A stretch of DNA of 64,000 bases from Felis catus. Its lineage: Eukaryota. Under the pieces are notes generated by a model, which ran no database searches, was not told the DNA's origin, and saw only the letters and a list, made by a program, of their open reading frames with translations. A program made the position numbers and the translations under genes. Location of the stretch: the NCBI RefSeq assembly GCF_018350175.1, contig NC_058369.1, positions 17,176,001-17,240,000 of the forward strand, read 5' to 3'. Positions within the stretch are counted from its first letter, which is position 1, and each line of letters begins with the position of its first letter. Positions 12,851 to 26,820 of the stretch are shown piece by piece.

Positions 12851-13076
12851 TTTTTTTTTTTAATTTTTTTTTTCAACGTTTATTTATTTTTGGGACAGAG
12901 AGAGACAGAGCATGAATGGGGGAGGGGCAGAGAGAGAGGGAGACACAGAATCGGAAACAGGCTCCAGGCTCCGAGCCATCAGCCCAGAGCCTGACGCGGG
13001 GCTCGAACTCACGGACCGCGAGATCGTGACCTGGCTGAAGTCGGACACTTAACTGACTGCGCCACCCAGGCGCCCC
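12851..13076 (-). mobile_element. Young SINEC_Fc-type insertion
   Basis: Felid-type diagnostic sequence (GGTGGCGCAGTC, CAGCCAGGTCACG, GGGCTGATGG), intact CpGs, TSD aataacctcctt at 12839-12850 and 13077-13088. Near-identical copies at 1-150, 15925-16140, 42064-42290, 47753-47985, 57167-57410 and 63227-63452. Confidence 0.9.
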
Positions 13077-16000
13077 AATAACCTCCTTAAATAATTCCTG
13101 GAACCAAATAAGGTTTTATAAAGAAATTTTTCCAAAAGTGGATTAAAAATTTTTTTAATTCAACTAACATTTTATTCTTTAAGCAAAGTCACTGAAAAAC
13201 AAGATTTACAACAGACAAAATGTTTCAGCAGGAAACAGTAATGGACAGAATAGTGATATACTATAAATTCCGTTAGTAAATGTAAAATCTGATTTTTTGG
13301 GGTGCCTGGGTGGCTCAGTTGGTTAAGCGTCCAACTCCTGAATAATTTCAGCTCAGGTGATGATCTCATGGTTCGTGAGATTGAGCCCCGCATCAGTTCT
13401 ATGCTGACAGTATGGAGCTTGCTTAGGATCCTCTCTCTCTGCCTCTCCACTGTTCACTCTTTCGCTCTCAAAATAAACTTCATTAATTAATTAAAACCTG
13501 ATTTTTAAAATTATAAAATTCTAGTAACAATTTACAACAACAATTTTACTATAGAATAAGAAAATATTAGTATATGTTAGACTTTTTTCCCCAATTCCTG
13601 ACTTTAAATTATACAAAAATTATAACTGAACTCTTGCTATAATATTTTAACGACCACTGAAACATGGTATAACTATAAATTATATGTAAACCCATAGCTG
13701 AAATCTGTACAATTTCAGAGAGGTGCACTTTATGGATTATAAAAGTAAAGCTCAAATAGTTTAAATGCTGAATGACTTCCATATTATGGAAGTAAAAGTT
13801 TCATATAAACTGATCATCAAATAGGCTAGTAAGATGAAAATATTAGAAATACACCATGCAAAGGCACCTACCTAGGTGGCTCCTGTTAAGAATCTAACTC
13901 TAGGGGTGCCTGGGTGGCTTAGTCAGTTAAGTGTCCAACTTCAGCTCAGGTCATGATCTCATGGCTTGTGAGTTTGAGCCCCACGTCGGGCTCTGTGCTG
14001 ACAGCTCAGAGCCTAGAGCCTGCTTTGGATTCTGTGTCCCTCTCTCGCTCTGCCCCTCCCCCACTCGTGCTCTGTCTCTCTCTCAAGAATAAATAAAACA
14101 TTAAAAAAATTTTTTTTTAATTTTAAAAAATCTAACTCTTGATTTCGGCTCAGGTCATGATTTCAGTTTGTGTGTGTGAGCCTCGCATTGGGCTATGAGC
14201 TGACAGCATGGAGACTGCTTGGGATTCTCTCACTCCCTCTCTCTGCTCTTCCCCTGTTTGCTCTCTCTCAAAATAAGTAAACATTTTTTTAAAAGATACA
14301 TTAAAATATAAAAAAAATACACCCTGCACATTTTTTCCTTGAAAATGATTCTTACAAAATAATATAATAAAAAGAACAGCATGATGTCAAATATTAAGAA
14401 GACAAAAAACAGAATGGCGTTTGCTAGGGGTTGGGGAGAGGGAGGAATGAGGAGTTACAGTTTTTTTTTAATTTTTTTTAACGTTTATTTATTATTGAGA
14501 GACAGAGAGAGACAGAGCATGAGCAGGGGAGGGGCAGACGGAGACACAGAACCCGAAGCAGGTTCAGGCTCTGAGTTGTCAGCACAGAGCCAGATGCAGG
14601 GCTGGAACTCACAAACCGCGAGATCATGACCTGAGCCGAAGTCAGACACTTAACCGACTGAGCTGCCCAGGTGCCCCTGGGAGTTTCTATTTAATGAGTA
14701 CACAGTTTCTTTCTCTTTTTTTTTCCTTAATTTTACTGATTTAGTTTTGAGAGAGAGAGAGAGTGCACGTGCAAGCAGAGGAGGGGCAAAGACAGAGGGA
14801 GACCAAGAATCCAAAGCAGGCTCCAAGCTGTCAGTGCAAAGCCCAACGTGGGGCTCAAAGCCACAAACCGTGAGATCATGACCTGAGCCGTAGTCAGACA
14901 CTTAACCAACTGAGGCACCCAGGCACCCCAGAGAGTTTCAATTTGGAAAAATGACAAAGTTCTGGAGATGGATGGTAGTAACTGTTGGACTACAATGTGA
15001 ATATAATAATAACATCACTGAACTATACACTTAAAAGCAATTAAAATATTTTAGGGGTGCCTGGTTGGCTCAGTCAGTTGAGCATCTGATTCTTGGTGTC
15101 AGCTCAGGTTATTATGATCTCATGGTTCGTGGGATTGAGCTCTTCATCGGGCTTTGAGCTGCCATTGCAGAGCCTGCTTGGGAATGTCTCTCTCCCTCTC
15201 TCCCTTCTCCTACCCCATACTCGCTCATGCCCTCTCTCTCAAAATGAATAAACATTTTTTAAAAATAATTAAGGGGAACATGGGTGGCTCAGCAGGTTAA
15301 GCGTCTGACCTCGGCTCAGGTCATGATCTCATGGTTTGTGAGTTTGAGCCCCGAATCAGGTCTGTGTCGACAGCTCAGAGCCTGGAGTCTGTTTCAGATT
15401 CTGTGTCTCCCATTCTCTCTCTGCCCCTTCCCTGCTTGCACTCTGTCTCTTTCTCTCTCTCAAAAATAAATAAACATTAAAAAAATAACAATAAATTAAA
15501 AAAATAAAATACTATGGCAAAAAAAAATGCTATGGCAGTTGAAAAATGTTTTAAAAAACAATTAAAATATTTTCACTCTAGTGAAAATTAAATAACATCT
15601 TTAAAAACTATCAGGGTGCCTGGGTGTCTCATTCAATTGAGCGTCCAACATCAGCTCAAGTCATAATCTCACAGTCCAAGGGTTCAATCCCCACATCAGG
15701 CTTTGCACTGACAGCGTGGAGCCTACTTCAGATTCTCTGTCTCCCTCCCTCTCTCTCTGTCCTTCCCTCATTCATGTGCTCTCTCTCTCTCAAAAATAAA
15801 CATTAAAAAAATTTTTTTAATAAATAAAACTATTAAGAAGAATCATTAAGATGAGCTCTTCCAAATTAAGCTCACAAATAAGCCCTCCAAGTCATTCTGG
15901 TTATCCTTTTGCTTTTTATTTATTTTAATTTTTTTTTTTCCAACGTTTTTTATTTTTGGGACAGAGAGAGACAGAGCATGAACGGGGGAGGGGCAGGGAG

Positions 16001-19000
16001 AGAGGGAGACACAGAATCGGAAACAGGCTCCAGGCTCCGAGCCATCAGCCCAGAGCCTGACGCGGGGCTCGAACTCCCGGACCGCGAGATCGTGACCTGG
16101 CTGAAGTCGGAAGCTTAACCGACTGCGCCACCCAGGCGGCCCTCCTTTTGCTATTTAAATACATGAGTTGGAGTTCCTAGTATCTTGCCCAACACAATTA
16201 ATTCCCAGTACATCCCAAATGTTGCATTACATATTCTTAAATACATCCAGGTGCAATTCTTACCACTGACAACATGTTATTTATCTGAGAAAATGCACAA
16301 GTTATTACAATTTTGTAGTTTTGGCATCTTAAATGAGAATAATATGCTGGGAGGTATCTTCAAGAGTAGAATGAAACTAGTTCTCCTCCTAAGCCTTCCC
16401 TGAACCCCTAGAGACTAGACTAAAATGCTCTTTCCAACCACACATGCATATCACTACAGTACATATGCAAACCACTCACAGCAGAATACTGAAATGACTG
16501 TAGATTTATCTGTAATATGAAGTCCTTGAGGACAGGAGCAGTGTCTTATTCAAATATTTAACATCAGTATTCAGCAAAGTGCCTGCTAATGTAGGTACTC
16601 CATAAAACTTTTCTCAACAGTTCAAGTGTACTACGATCATTTAAAAGTTCATAGTTGTGCTACATATCGATCAGACCAGAACATTATTATCAGATACATG
16701 CTTACAACAGACACAGTAACTTCTATCAACCACCACAGGAACAAGTAATGACTGAAGAAGTAGAAACTGAGACTTCCAATTTTCCAGAAGTAACATCTGA
16801 ATAAAGGGCAAGAGGGAAGCTCAGGAACCTGTCAACGGCACTAGTTCCAGTAACAAGCACAAAAAGGAAAACATCTGTAAAGGTGTGGCAAAAAAAAAAA
16901 AAAAACAAAAAGGGACACTCACCACACGTCAAGGATTCCTAGTGCTAGCATGGAAATGGATTTGGGATTCTGGTTCTAATGATAAGCTCAGTATCAAAAT
17001 CACCAGGGTAAAAAAGCAGATCAGAGTCAGGGGATGGAAAGCTGGAAGCAGACACAGGAGAATTCCCAGGCACCCCTATTGGACCCTAACTGTATTTCCT
17101 CACTCAACCCTCATCCCAACCACCGCCACCCTGAATGAAGAGGCCTTGCCCTCACTGACACTGGATGTTATTCAAACACAAGAGAAGCATGAATTGCTCA
17201 TTGTAAATTCCTCTTGATTAGTGCTGAAAAACTTAAAGAATATAAGGACAAGAGGATACCTTGTTCCAGAGCCAGCGAGATGCTACTTTGTGTAAGTTAT
17301 CTCAGCAGCTACACACCCCAATCAGAGACTGGGGGTCAAGGACAGCTCTAATAGGTTGCTTCTATTCCCAGCTATGTGACTACACTGCTTTTGATAAGCT
17401 GTTCCATCTCTGGTTAACTAACTGGGAAATTTAATCTAATCTTATTCTGGATGTATGTAAGTGGTCTCATCCTGCCTAATTATAGTCCACCAAAAATTCT
17501 GCTGAGCTGATGAAATGGAGAAAAGATAAATTTAACTGCGATACTTAGAAGTGCTTAAAATCTGTGCCACAGTGTCCTTATTTCTTTGGCTTATTTATTA
17601 AAGACAAGGTAGTGCTAACAACTGGAAAAAAGAGGAGGAGGAGGATGTATACATGGGTAAGGAGAACACACATACATAATGCCATGTTCTGGTCTATTCA
17701 TCAACATGATGGTGCAGGAATAGACCTAAGCAAGGGAGGACATTAGAACTAAAACAATCATCCGCCACACACGCGGAGAAGCAGGGCTATCAAAATGTTG
17801 CATCAGTAGGGAAAGCATACATTGGAAAAAAATATCTGCCAGCCAAAATTCAAAGAGGATAACAAGCTTCCATCTCAAGACAATTTGAGTTTGGAACTTA
17901 ACTAACCACTCAGTTAGGAAGTCCACACCAAATTAACATAAGAATTGGGCCTAAATTTAGCAGGTCCTCTGAAGTGCTTTAAAGAGCAAATTCTCAGCCC
18001 AGACCAACAGGATTCCCAGGTAAAATTCTACTGAAGGAAGTGCTGACATTCCAAAATTCAAATACACAAAAACTTTTTTTTCCTTTACATCAACAACAAA
18101 AAAGAAGAATCCTAATATTTCAGATGATAGAACAAAATGATAGGATTTGTATAACTGGAATATATAGAATGATTAAAAACACTAAAGAGGGGTGCCTGGG
18201 TGGCTTAGTTGGCTAAGCATCCAACTTTGGCTCAAGTCATGATCTCACGGTTCGTGAGGTCGAGCCCCACATCAGGCTCTGTGATGACAGCTCGGAGCCT
18301 GGAACCTTTTTTTTTTTTTTTTTTTTAAGTTTATTTATTATTGAGAGACAGAGAGACACAGAGCATGAGCAGGGGAGGGGCCAAGAGATGGAGAGACACA
18401 GAATCTGAAGCAGGCTCCAGGCTCTGAGCTATCAGCACAGAGCATGACGCAGGGTTCAAACTCACAAACCAAGAGATCATGACCTGAGCTGAAGCCTGAC
18501 ACTTAACCAACTGAGCTACCCAGGCGCCCCCTGGAGCCTTCTTCATATTCTGTGTCCTTCTCTCTCTGCCCTTCCCCCACTCGTGCTCTGTCTCTCTCAA
18601 AACTAAATAAACTTTAAAAAAAAATTTTTTTTTTAAAAAACACTAAAGAGAAAGATTTGAAAAATAAATACACGTAACTTCTGGCACATAAACATTCAAT
18701 GAAAGTAAAAGCACACCTGTCAGGTTATATAGACTAGACCACCACACACAGAAGAGTAAAGTTTAAAATTTCTTAGAAACTGTGAAGGACTTTTTTTTTT
18801 TTTAATGTTTATTTTTGAGAGAGACAGGCAGAGTACGAACAGGGAGGGGCAGAGAGAGAGGGAGACACCCAGGCTCCCTAAAACTGTTAAGGACTTAAAC
18901 CCTTAGCTTCAAGAAGCATATCAATTTTGAGGGGTATGTTAAAAGTATGTAATAAAACCTACACCTCAACACTATAACACAATTGCATAACAGTATAGAC

Positions 19001-20179
19001 AAAGACATCTTAAAAGCAACCATAGGGAAAGAGAGTACCTAAAAACAAAAACAAAAAACTGGACTGACAGATTTTTCAACATCAATAATCTTAGTAAGTT
19101 ACAAAAAATATTACATGTTCTTAATGTAATCAAATTAGAAATTTTAATAAGAAAAAACCAATCATTCCAATTATCTTTTGAAATAATAATGCAAGGATTG
19201 AAGGAGAAATCAAAACAAATTAGAAAATACTTTAGAACTGAGGTGCCTGGGAGGGTCAGTCGGTTAAGTGTCCAACTTAAGCTCAGGTCATGATCTCATG
19301 GTTTGTGAGTTCGAGCCCCCATCGGGCTCTGTGCTGGCAGCTCAGAGCCCAGAGCCTGCTTCGGATTCTTTGTCTCCCTCTCTCTCTGCCCCTCCCCTGC
19401 TTGCGGCCACGTAACGCACGCGCTCTCTCTCAAAAATACACATTAAAAAATTTAATTTTTTTTTAAATGTTTATTTTTGAGACAGAGGGAGACAGAGCAC
19501 GAGTGGGGGAGGGGCAGAGAGAGAGGGAGACACAGAATCTGAAACAGGCTCCAGACTCTGAGCTGTCAGCACAGAGCCCGATGTGGGGCTCGAACCCACG
19601 AACCGTGAGATCATGACCTGAGCCAAAGTCGCACACTTAATCAACTGAGCCACCCAGGTGCCCCTACACATTAAAAAATTAAAAAAAAAAAAAAATAGTT
19701 TAGAACTAAATGATAGTGAAAACATCACACACCAAAATATATGAGCCACAGCTGGAGATGAACAGGTTTAAAAGAAAAAAAAAGGAATGCTGACCCCTAC
19801 CTCACATAATGCAGAGAACAATTCTAGATGGATTACAGTTGTAAAGGTGAAAGGTAAGACAATAAAGCTTCTAAAAGAAAACACAAATATATTTATGACT
19901 TTGGAGCAGGCACAGATTTCTTTAAAAAAGGGGCACTTAGGTGGCTCAGTCAGTTGAGTATCCCACTCTTGACTTTGGCTCACTCAGGTCATGATTGCAG
20001 GGTTAGGAGATCAAGCCCTGGGCTCCATGCTAAGCATGGAGCCTGCTTGGGATTCTCTTTCTCTCTCTCTCTCTCTGCACACTTCTCCCCTACTCTCTCT
20101 CTCTCTCTCAAATAAAAAAAGGGGGAGGTGCATAAAAAGCATTAATCATAAAAAAAATATCTCATAAATTACTCTATGT

Positions 20180-20399
20180 CAGGGATTGGCAAACTGTGGC
20201 CCACAGGCCAAATCCAGCCTGCTTTTGTTTTGTAAATGAAGTTTTATTGGAGAAAAGTCCATGCTCATTGTCTGTGGCTATGTTCACACAAGAGCAAAGA
20301 TGAGAAGCTGCAGCAAAGACTCCATATTTACTATCTGACCTTTTACAGATAAAACTATTTACCATTTGGCCTTTTACAGAAAAAGTTTACTGATATCTG
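20180..20399 (+). mobile_element. MER58-like hAT-Charlie DNA transposon
   Basis: CAGGGATTGGCAAAC...AAAAGTTTACTGATATCTG termini and an 8-bp TSD ctctatgt/ctctatat. Confidence 0.8.
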
Positions 20400-20538
20400 C
20401 TCTATATTACAACTAAGAACCTCTGTTCACCCAAAAATATCCTGAGAAAAAAAAAAATAAGCTACCAAGAGGGTATTTGCAATAAATATTTCTGACACGG
20501 GGCACATAAGAAAAACTCCTTTTAAAAAAAATGAGAAA

Positions 20539-21600
20539 GAAACAATTGTTGGTGAGGATGCACACTGTTGGTGGGAATGCAAACTGGTGCAGCCACTATG
20601 TTAAACAGTATAGAGCTTCCTTAAAAAGGTAAAAAAGACGGGGTGCCTGGGTGGCGCAGTTGGTTAAGCATCTGACTCAATTTTGGCTCAGGTCATGATC
20701 TCAGGGTCATGAGATCCAACTCCATACTGAGCATGGAGCCTGCTTAAGATTCTCTCCCTTCCTCTCTCCCCCTCTCCCCCTCACTCTCTGTAAAAAATTA
20801 AAAATTAAATAAAAATAAATTTATTTTTTTAAAAAGTTAAAAGTAGAACTACCCTGGGGCACCTGGGTAGCTCAGTCAGTTAAGTGTCCCGACTCTTGAT
20901 TTCCGCTCAAGTCATAATCTCAAGGTTTGTAAATTTGAGCCAGCATCTGGCTCTGCACTGACAGCGTGGAACCTACTTGGGATTCTCGCTCTTTCTCTCT
21001 GCCCCTCCCTGGCTTGCACTCACATGCTCTCTCAAATAAATAAACTTAAAAAAAAAAGAGAACTACCCTATGATCCAGTAATTCCACTATTGGGTATTTA
21101 CAATACCCAATACAAAACAAAAGCACAATACAAGACAAAAACACTGAAAGGATGTATGCACCCCTATGTTTACTGCAGCATTACCTACAAAAGCCAAACA
21201 CTATGGAAGCAGCCCAAGTGTCCATCAAAAGATGAACAGATAAAGAATGTTGCCATTTGCAATGACATGGATAGAGATAGAGACTATTATGCTAAGTAAA
21301 AGAAGTTAGAGAAAAACAAATATATGATTTCACTCATAAGTAGAATTTAAGAAACAAAACAAAGAAGAAAAAAAGGGAGGGAGGGAGAAAGAGAGACAAA
21401 CCAAGAAACAGACTCTTAACTACAGAGAACTGATGGTTACTAGAGAGGTAGGGGGGGGATGGGTGAAACAGGCGATGGGGATTAAGAGTACATTTATAAT
21501 GATGAGCACTGAGTAATGTATAGAATTGTTGAATCAGTATATTGTACACCTGAAACTAATATAACACTGCATGTTAACTACACTGGAATTAAAATTTGTT
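20539..21600 (+). mobile_element. Carnivore L1 3' end interrupted by two SINEs
   Basis: tgttggtgggaatgcaaactggtgcagcc, ELPYDPVIPLLGIY and an L1 3'UTR. Confidence 0.8.
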
Positions 21601-24600
21601 TAAAAATTGAGAAAGGGGCGCCTGGGTGGCTCAGTCAGTTAAGCATCTGACTGCAGCTCAGGTCATAATCTCACGGTTCATGAGTACAAGCCCCGCATCG
21701 GGCTCTGTGCTGACAGCTAAAAACCCAGAGCCTGCTTCAGTTCCCGTGTTTCCCTCTCTCTCTGCCCCTCCCCTGCTCGCACTCTCTCACCGTGTCTCAA
21801 AAATGAATAAACACTAAAAAAAAATTTTTTTTTAAATTATGAAGATTAATCATACCCACTGTTGACAAGAATACAAAGGAACTGGAACTCTCATGCACTG
21901 TCAGGTGGTATGTAAAATGATACAACTACTTGAGAAAACAGTATGGCAGTTACTTCAGAAGTTGAACGCTATCAATTCTATGACCCAAACATTCTACTCC
22001 TAGATTATTTACCTAGGAGAAATGAAAACATGTCCACAAAAAGATGTGAACATTAACAATGACGGCAGCTTTACTTACAATGCTGGAAACAACCCAAATG
22101 TCCATTAAAGGGTAAAGGGATAAATGAACTGCGATTTGGAGCACCTGGGTGGCTGAGTCAGTTAAGCATCTGACTCCTGATTTCAACTCTGGTCATGATT
22201 CTGCAGGCTGTGAGACTGAGTCCCACACTGGGCTCTGCGCTGACAGCATGGAGCCTACTTGGGATTCTCTCTCTCCCCCTCCCCCACTCACGCGATCTTC
22301 TCTCAAAGAAAAAAAAAAAGGGGAAAAATAATACGTAGAACACAGATAACGCCCATCTCAAAATCCATTATGATGAGTAAAAGAACCGAGGCAAAAAAAG
22401 AGTATTATGTGATTCTACTTATATAAATTTCCTGAATCTGGGGTGCCTTAGTGGCTCAGTCGGTTAAACGTCAGACTCTTGATTTCAGATCAGGTCACAG
22501 TCTCACGGTTTGAGCTGAGCATCAGGCTCTGCGCTGACAGCACAGAGCCTGCCTGGGATCCTCTGTCTTCCTATCTCTCTGCCCTTCCCCCACTCATGTG
22601 TGTGCTCTCTCAAAAATAAACATTAAAAAAAAAAGATCTTTAGAAACATGTTTTTTGATGAAGCTATATATGAATCTGTAGTGTCACTGGTTGCCAGAGG
22701 ACTGGGTGGAAGATGGCTTCCAAGGAAACTTTTGGGGGTGATGGAAATGTTCATTACCTTGAACTCATCATTATTTTAAATATGTGCCATTTATAATATA
22801 TCAATCAGACATATACCTCAGTAAAGCTAGAGAGATAAACATTATGGGAAAAGAGAGAAAAGGGAAAAAAAAGTCAAAGGGGGAAAAAAACCAGGTAAAA
22901 AATAAACAAAGCATCACCCAGACAAATCAGAAATACAATGCCACTAAACTAAGGTTTCTACTTGTGTATCCACACGGTATGGATGGGACTATAGGCCTGC
23001 CATTAACACTGGTCCTATAGTTTTCTGGAGCTGTGGTCAACACCTGGCCCAGCATGTCCTCAGCCTGGCATACAGATCCTGACTATAAAAGCCCATACTC
23101 TGCAGTCCACTGAGCTCTGACCAGTCATGCCAGACCAGTGGCTCACTGCCCTTGCAGGTGAATTACAAGGGTGAGAAGAGAATGAACTAGTTTCAGACTT
23201 ATCCTTTTATCTACAGTAAATTGTACTATCTACAGGTACACGGTTGAACAGCTCAATTGGACTATCTCCCTCATGTTTGGCTCAACTTGTTTTTTCATGT
23301 TTACAAATACTTCCTCCAAGGCTCACAACACAGAGGAATACTTATGATTCTATTCCTATAAAATTCAAAGACCACCAAGACTACACGATTCTCTTTAGAG
23401 ATGCATACAAACATGGTGATCCATATAAAGAAAAGCAAAATTAAAGTAAATCATTGATTGCTCCACAAAGTAAATATCCCACATCATTTCACTTAAATAG
23501 TTACCTATATTCCACTTTCATCAGACAGAGGTCTAAGCTACAAACTTAAAGAACTAACTTCCAATACATATAAAACACTTAAGATTTCTTTCTAGTTCCA
23601 TGTTCCCAACGGTAGTGTCTCCACTCCGAAGTTAATGGAATGGCAGGGTGTAGTTAATGGAATGGCAGGGTGTAGTCAGGTTATAGTTGCAAATGAAATC
23701 ATTAATTTTTTTAAGAGTAATGGTAAGTTGAAAATTTTGAACATCTCATGAACATATTCAAAATCTTCTGCTACTTGGGGCACCTGTGTGGCTCAGTTGG
23801 TTGAGCATCCGACTTTGGCTCAGGTCATGATCTCATGGCTCGTGAGTTCAAGCCGCACATCAAGCTTGCTGCTGTCACTGCAGAGCCCACTTAGATCTTC
23901 TGTCCCCCCGCCCCCGCCCCTTCCTCACTTGTGCTCTCTCTCTCAAAAATAAGTAAATCTTTAAACAAAAAAAAAAATCTTCCACTACTTTAGACTCTGA
24001 TTTGACCCTATAGTAGTCCTCCAAGTCTTAGAGCTTTGTTGTTTTTAAACATAGACCCTTATAATCTATTTTTTAAAAAGCAGATTACAAAACTGGCTCT
24101 AACCTGTCTTTATCACTATATTATGTATGCACATGCACTGAGCCTTGAAGAGATTATAGAAAAACAAGAATTTTTACTTGTGGTGGAGGTAAGAACACTT
24201 TTTTCTTCTGTTTCAATTCATGCTGTTTGTCTATACAACATATTATTTTTTAAGTAGGCTCCATGCCCAATGTGGGGCTCAAATTCACAACCCCAAGATA
24301 AAGACTCACATGTTCTACTAACTGAGCCAGGAAGGTACCCCTGCCTATACAACATATTTTTAGCCTTATAAATCCTTAAATTTTCTCTAAATCCTCTTAC
24401 ATCTCAGTTTAGCATTATATAGAACATACCCTACACTGAGCCAGCTGTTTAATATCTGGTATGACTTAAGACGTTAGTATATAAAGTTCCACTTTGATTA
24501 AAAAAAAAAAAAAATCAGTCCAAATAGTGAACTCTTACACCAGTACTATTTATTCACAAAGAAAAAAAGAGAAGAAAAAAACCTTTTAAGGTTAAGTAGC

Positions 24601-25779
24601 TGACATGTTCCACTAAAACGTTCTTGGCTTCATTGCCTCTCTCATCCACTTTTGCTTGACACCATTACACGTTACATCAATCCCTTTCATTTGGAAAAAT
24701 GCTAAATGCTAAACACTATTTTAAGAGGAAGAGAAGTACATCTGGTCCCACTGGCACTAAGCCATGAATTATTTTTATTTATGGCTTATGCCTAAAAATA
24801 CTCTTCCCTAATCTTTAATCTGGAAAAAAATAATGGTTTAGTTCCCAAGAGTTAAACATCCCATAAATAAAGCCTCCTGTAGATACTATTTTTTAAGACC
24901 ATTCATTTAATCATAATGTGAATCACATTATATAAAATACTTCATGTAATGTTATCTATAAATTTTATTCTAAACGATGTTATACTTGATAAAGTGCAAT
25001 CTCTATGTATTATGTTACAGTGTTTTGTTTTGTTTTTTTAAGATTATTTACTTATTTTGAGAGAGAGTGTGACGAGGGGAGGAAAAGAGAGACTCCTAAG
25101 CAGGCTTTGCACTGTCAGCACAAGCCCAACTGAGGGCTCAAACTCATGAACCGAGAGTGAGATCAGGACCTAAACTGAAATCAAGAGACGCTCAATCGAC
25201 TGAGCCACCCAAGCACCCCATGTTACACTGTTTTAAATGATAACTTCAAATAGCCCCTGATTTAATAATTCTAATCTGGTTCATAATATACAAGAATAAG
25301 AATTAAAATCTCACGTAACTAGAGGTAAAGGAACACGAACCTTTCAAATGATTCAGGAAAAAAATATAGATACACATAAACTAAAAGAGAATGATAAAGC
25401 AATTGTAGTAACATGTTAACAATCAAAGGTTCTGAATCAAGGGAAAATGAAAGTTCTTTGTACTATTCTTGCAAAATTTTTACTTTGAAATAATTTTAAA
25501 TTTACAAAAGTCACCAAAAAAAATTTCAATTAGTCACACAGTTCACAAAATGAAATACACTGATTATCCAGTTGAGTAATTCCCATTAGTAAAAAGTGAC
25601 CATATACCTCTAATACCTAAAAATCTATCCATAAATTATATACATGCACTTATACAATGCTAATACATCATGCATATATAACTTAAATCACACATTAAAA
25701 TATATCAAAAGGATAAAATTAAAAAGTGAATCAAAACAGAAGGAATGATCTTGCTCTACAACTGCAAATTCAACCAGTA

Positions 25780-26820
25780 CCCAGTAACTCCCAAATCTCT
25801 TCTAATTCAACCCCGTAGTCTAAATTCCAGATCTTATTTCCTAGTACCTACAGAATTTCTAAACCCAAGGTGCCTATAGGAGAACCAACCCTAACACAAT
25901 TAAAACTAAATTGAGTACCTTTCCCTAGAAACCTGCTTTTACTCTGGCTTTCCCCTTAGTACTAAGGGTGTCTGAATGCTTGGTACAGTCACCTTAGTAA
26001 ATTCTTTCTTTTTCCAGCCCCTATACTGCCCCCACCAAAGTATTACCAAGTTCTGCCCCCTTAAACTCTTTCAATTCCTTTCTGTCCTCTTTAAATCCAC
26101 TGCTTGCTCTGCAGGTTGTCATTATAGTGGATTATGAGAGCAGATTCTTCATGCAAAACTTTCAAAGCCTCCAATCTCAACAGCTTCCAATCCATTCTTC
26201 ACACTGAAGCCTGTGGGATTTTTCTAAAACCCAGAATCAACTAAGCCACCTTCCACTCTCTCTCTTGTGTGGTTCCCCACCACTTTCGAGATAAAGACCA
26301 CACATCTAGCATAGTAAACTCGGCCTATTAAGACTGATTCTAGGGGCGCCTGGGTGGCTTGGTCGGTTAAGCGTCCGACTTCAGCTTAGGTCATGATCTC
26401 ACGGTCCCTGAGTTCGAGCCCCTCGTCGGGCTCTGTGCTGACAGCTCAGAGCCTGGAGCCTGTTTCAGATTTTGTGTCTCTCTCTCTCTCTGCCCCTCCC
26501 CTGTTCATGCTCTGTCTCTCTCTGTCTCAAGAATAAATAAACGTTAAAAAAATTAAAAAAAAAAAAAAAAGACTGATTCTAGCCCATTTCTCTACCTATT
26601 GTCCTCAGTTTTAATCTTGAACTATCTGCAACTGTAAAGTACCACATTTTCTCAAGCCTTTATGCTTTTACATGTTGCTATCACTACCTGAAAATTCCAT
26701 CCTCCAGCATTTCCCTGAAGAACTCATACTCAACTCTCAGGTCTCAAATTCAAATGTCCTTTCCCCTGGAAAACATTACCTGAGATCACCAGGAAAGTCA
26801 AAGGCTTTATTCATTCAGCT
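25780..26820 (+). mobile_element. L2 remnant (others near 16380-16620, 38920-39420, 40940-41520)
   Basis: Pyrimidine-rich degenerate L2 3' motifs such as ccattcttcacactg, tcaggtctcaaattcaaatgtcc and ttcattcattgaataaatatttac. Confidence 0.5.

Larger units (their letters stand above)
16770..22830 (+). mobile_element. Fragmented ancient L1M element, antisense to SMARCC1, hosting many younger insertions
   Basis: Degenerate ORF1/ORF2/3'-end segments at about 18650-19240, 19690-19920 and 21840-22830. The 5' boundary is uncertain. Confidence 0.5.
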
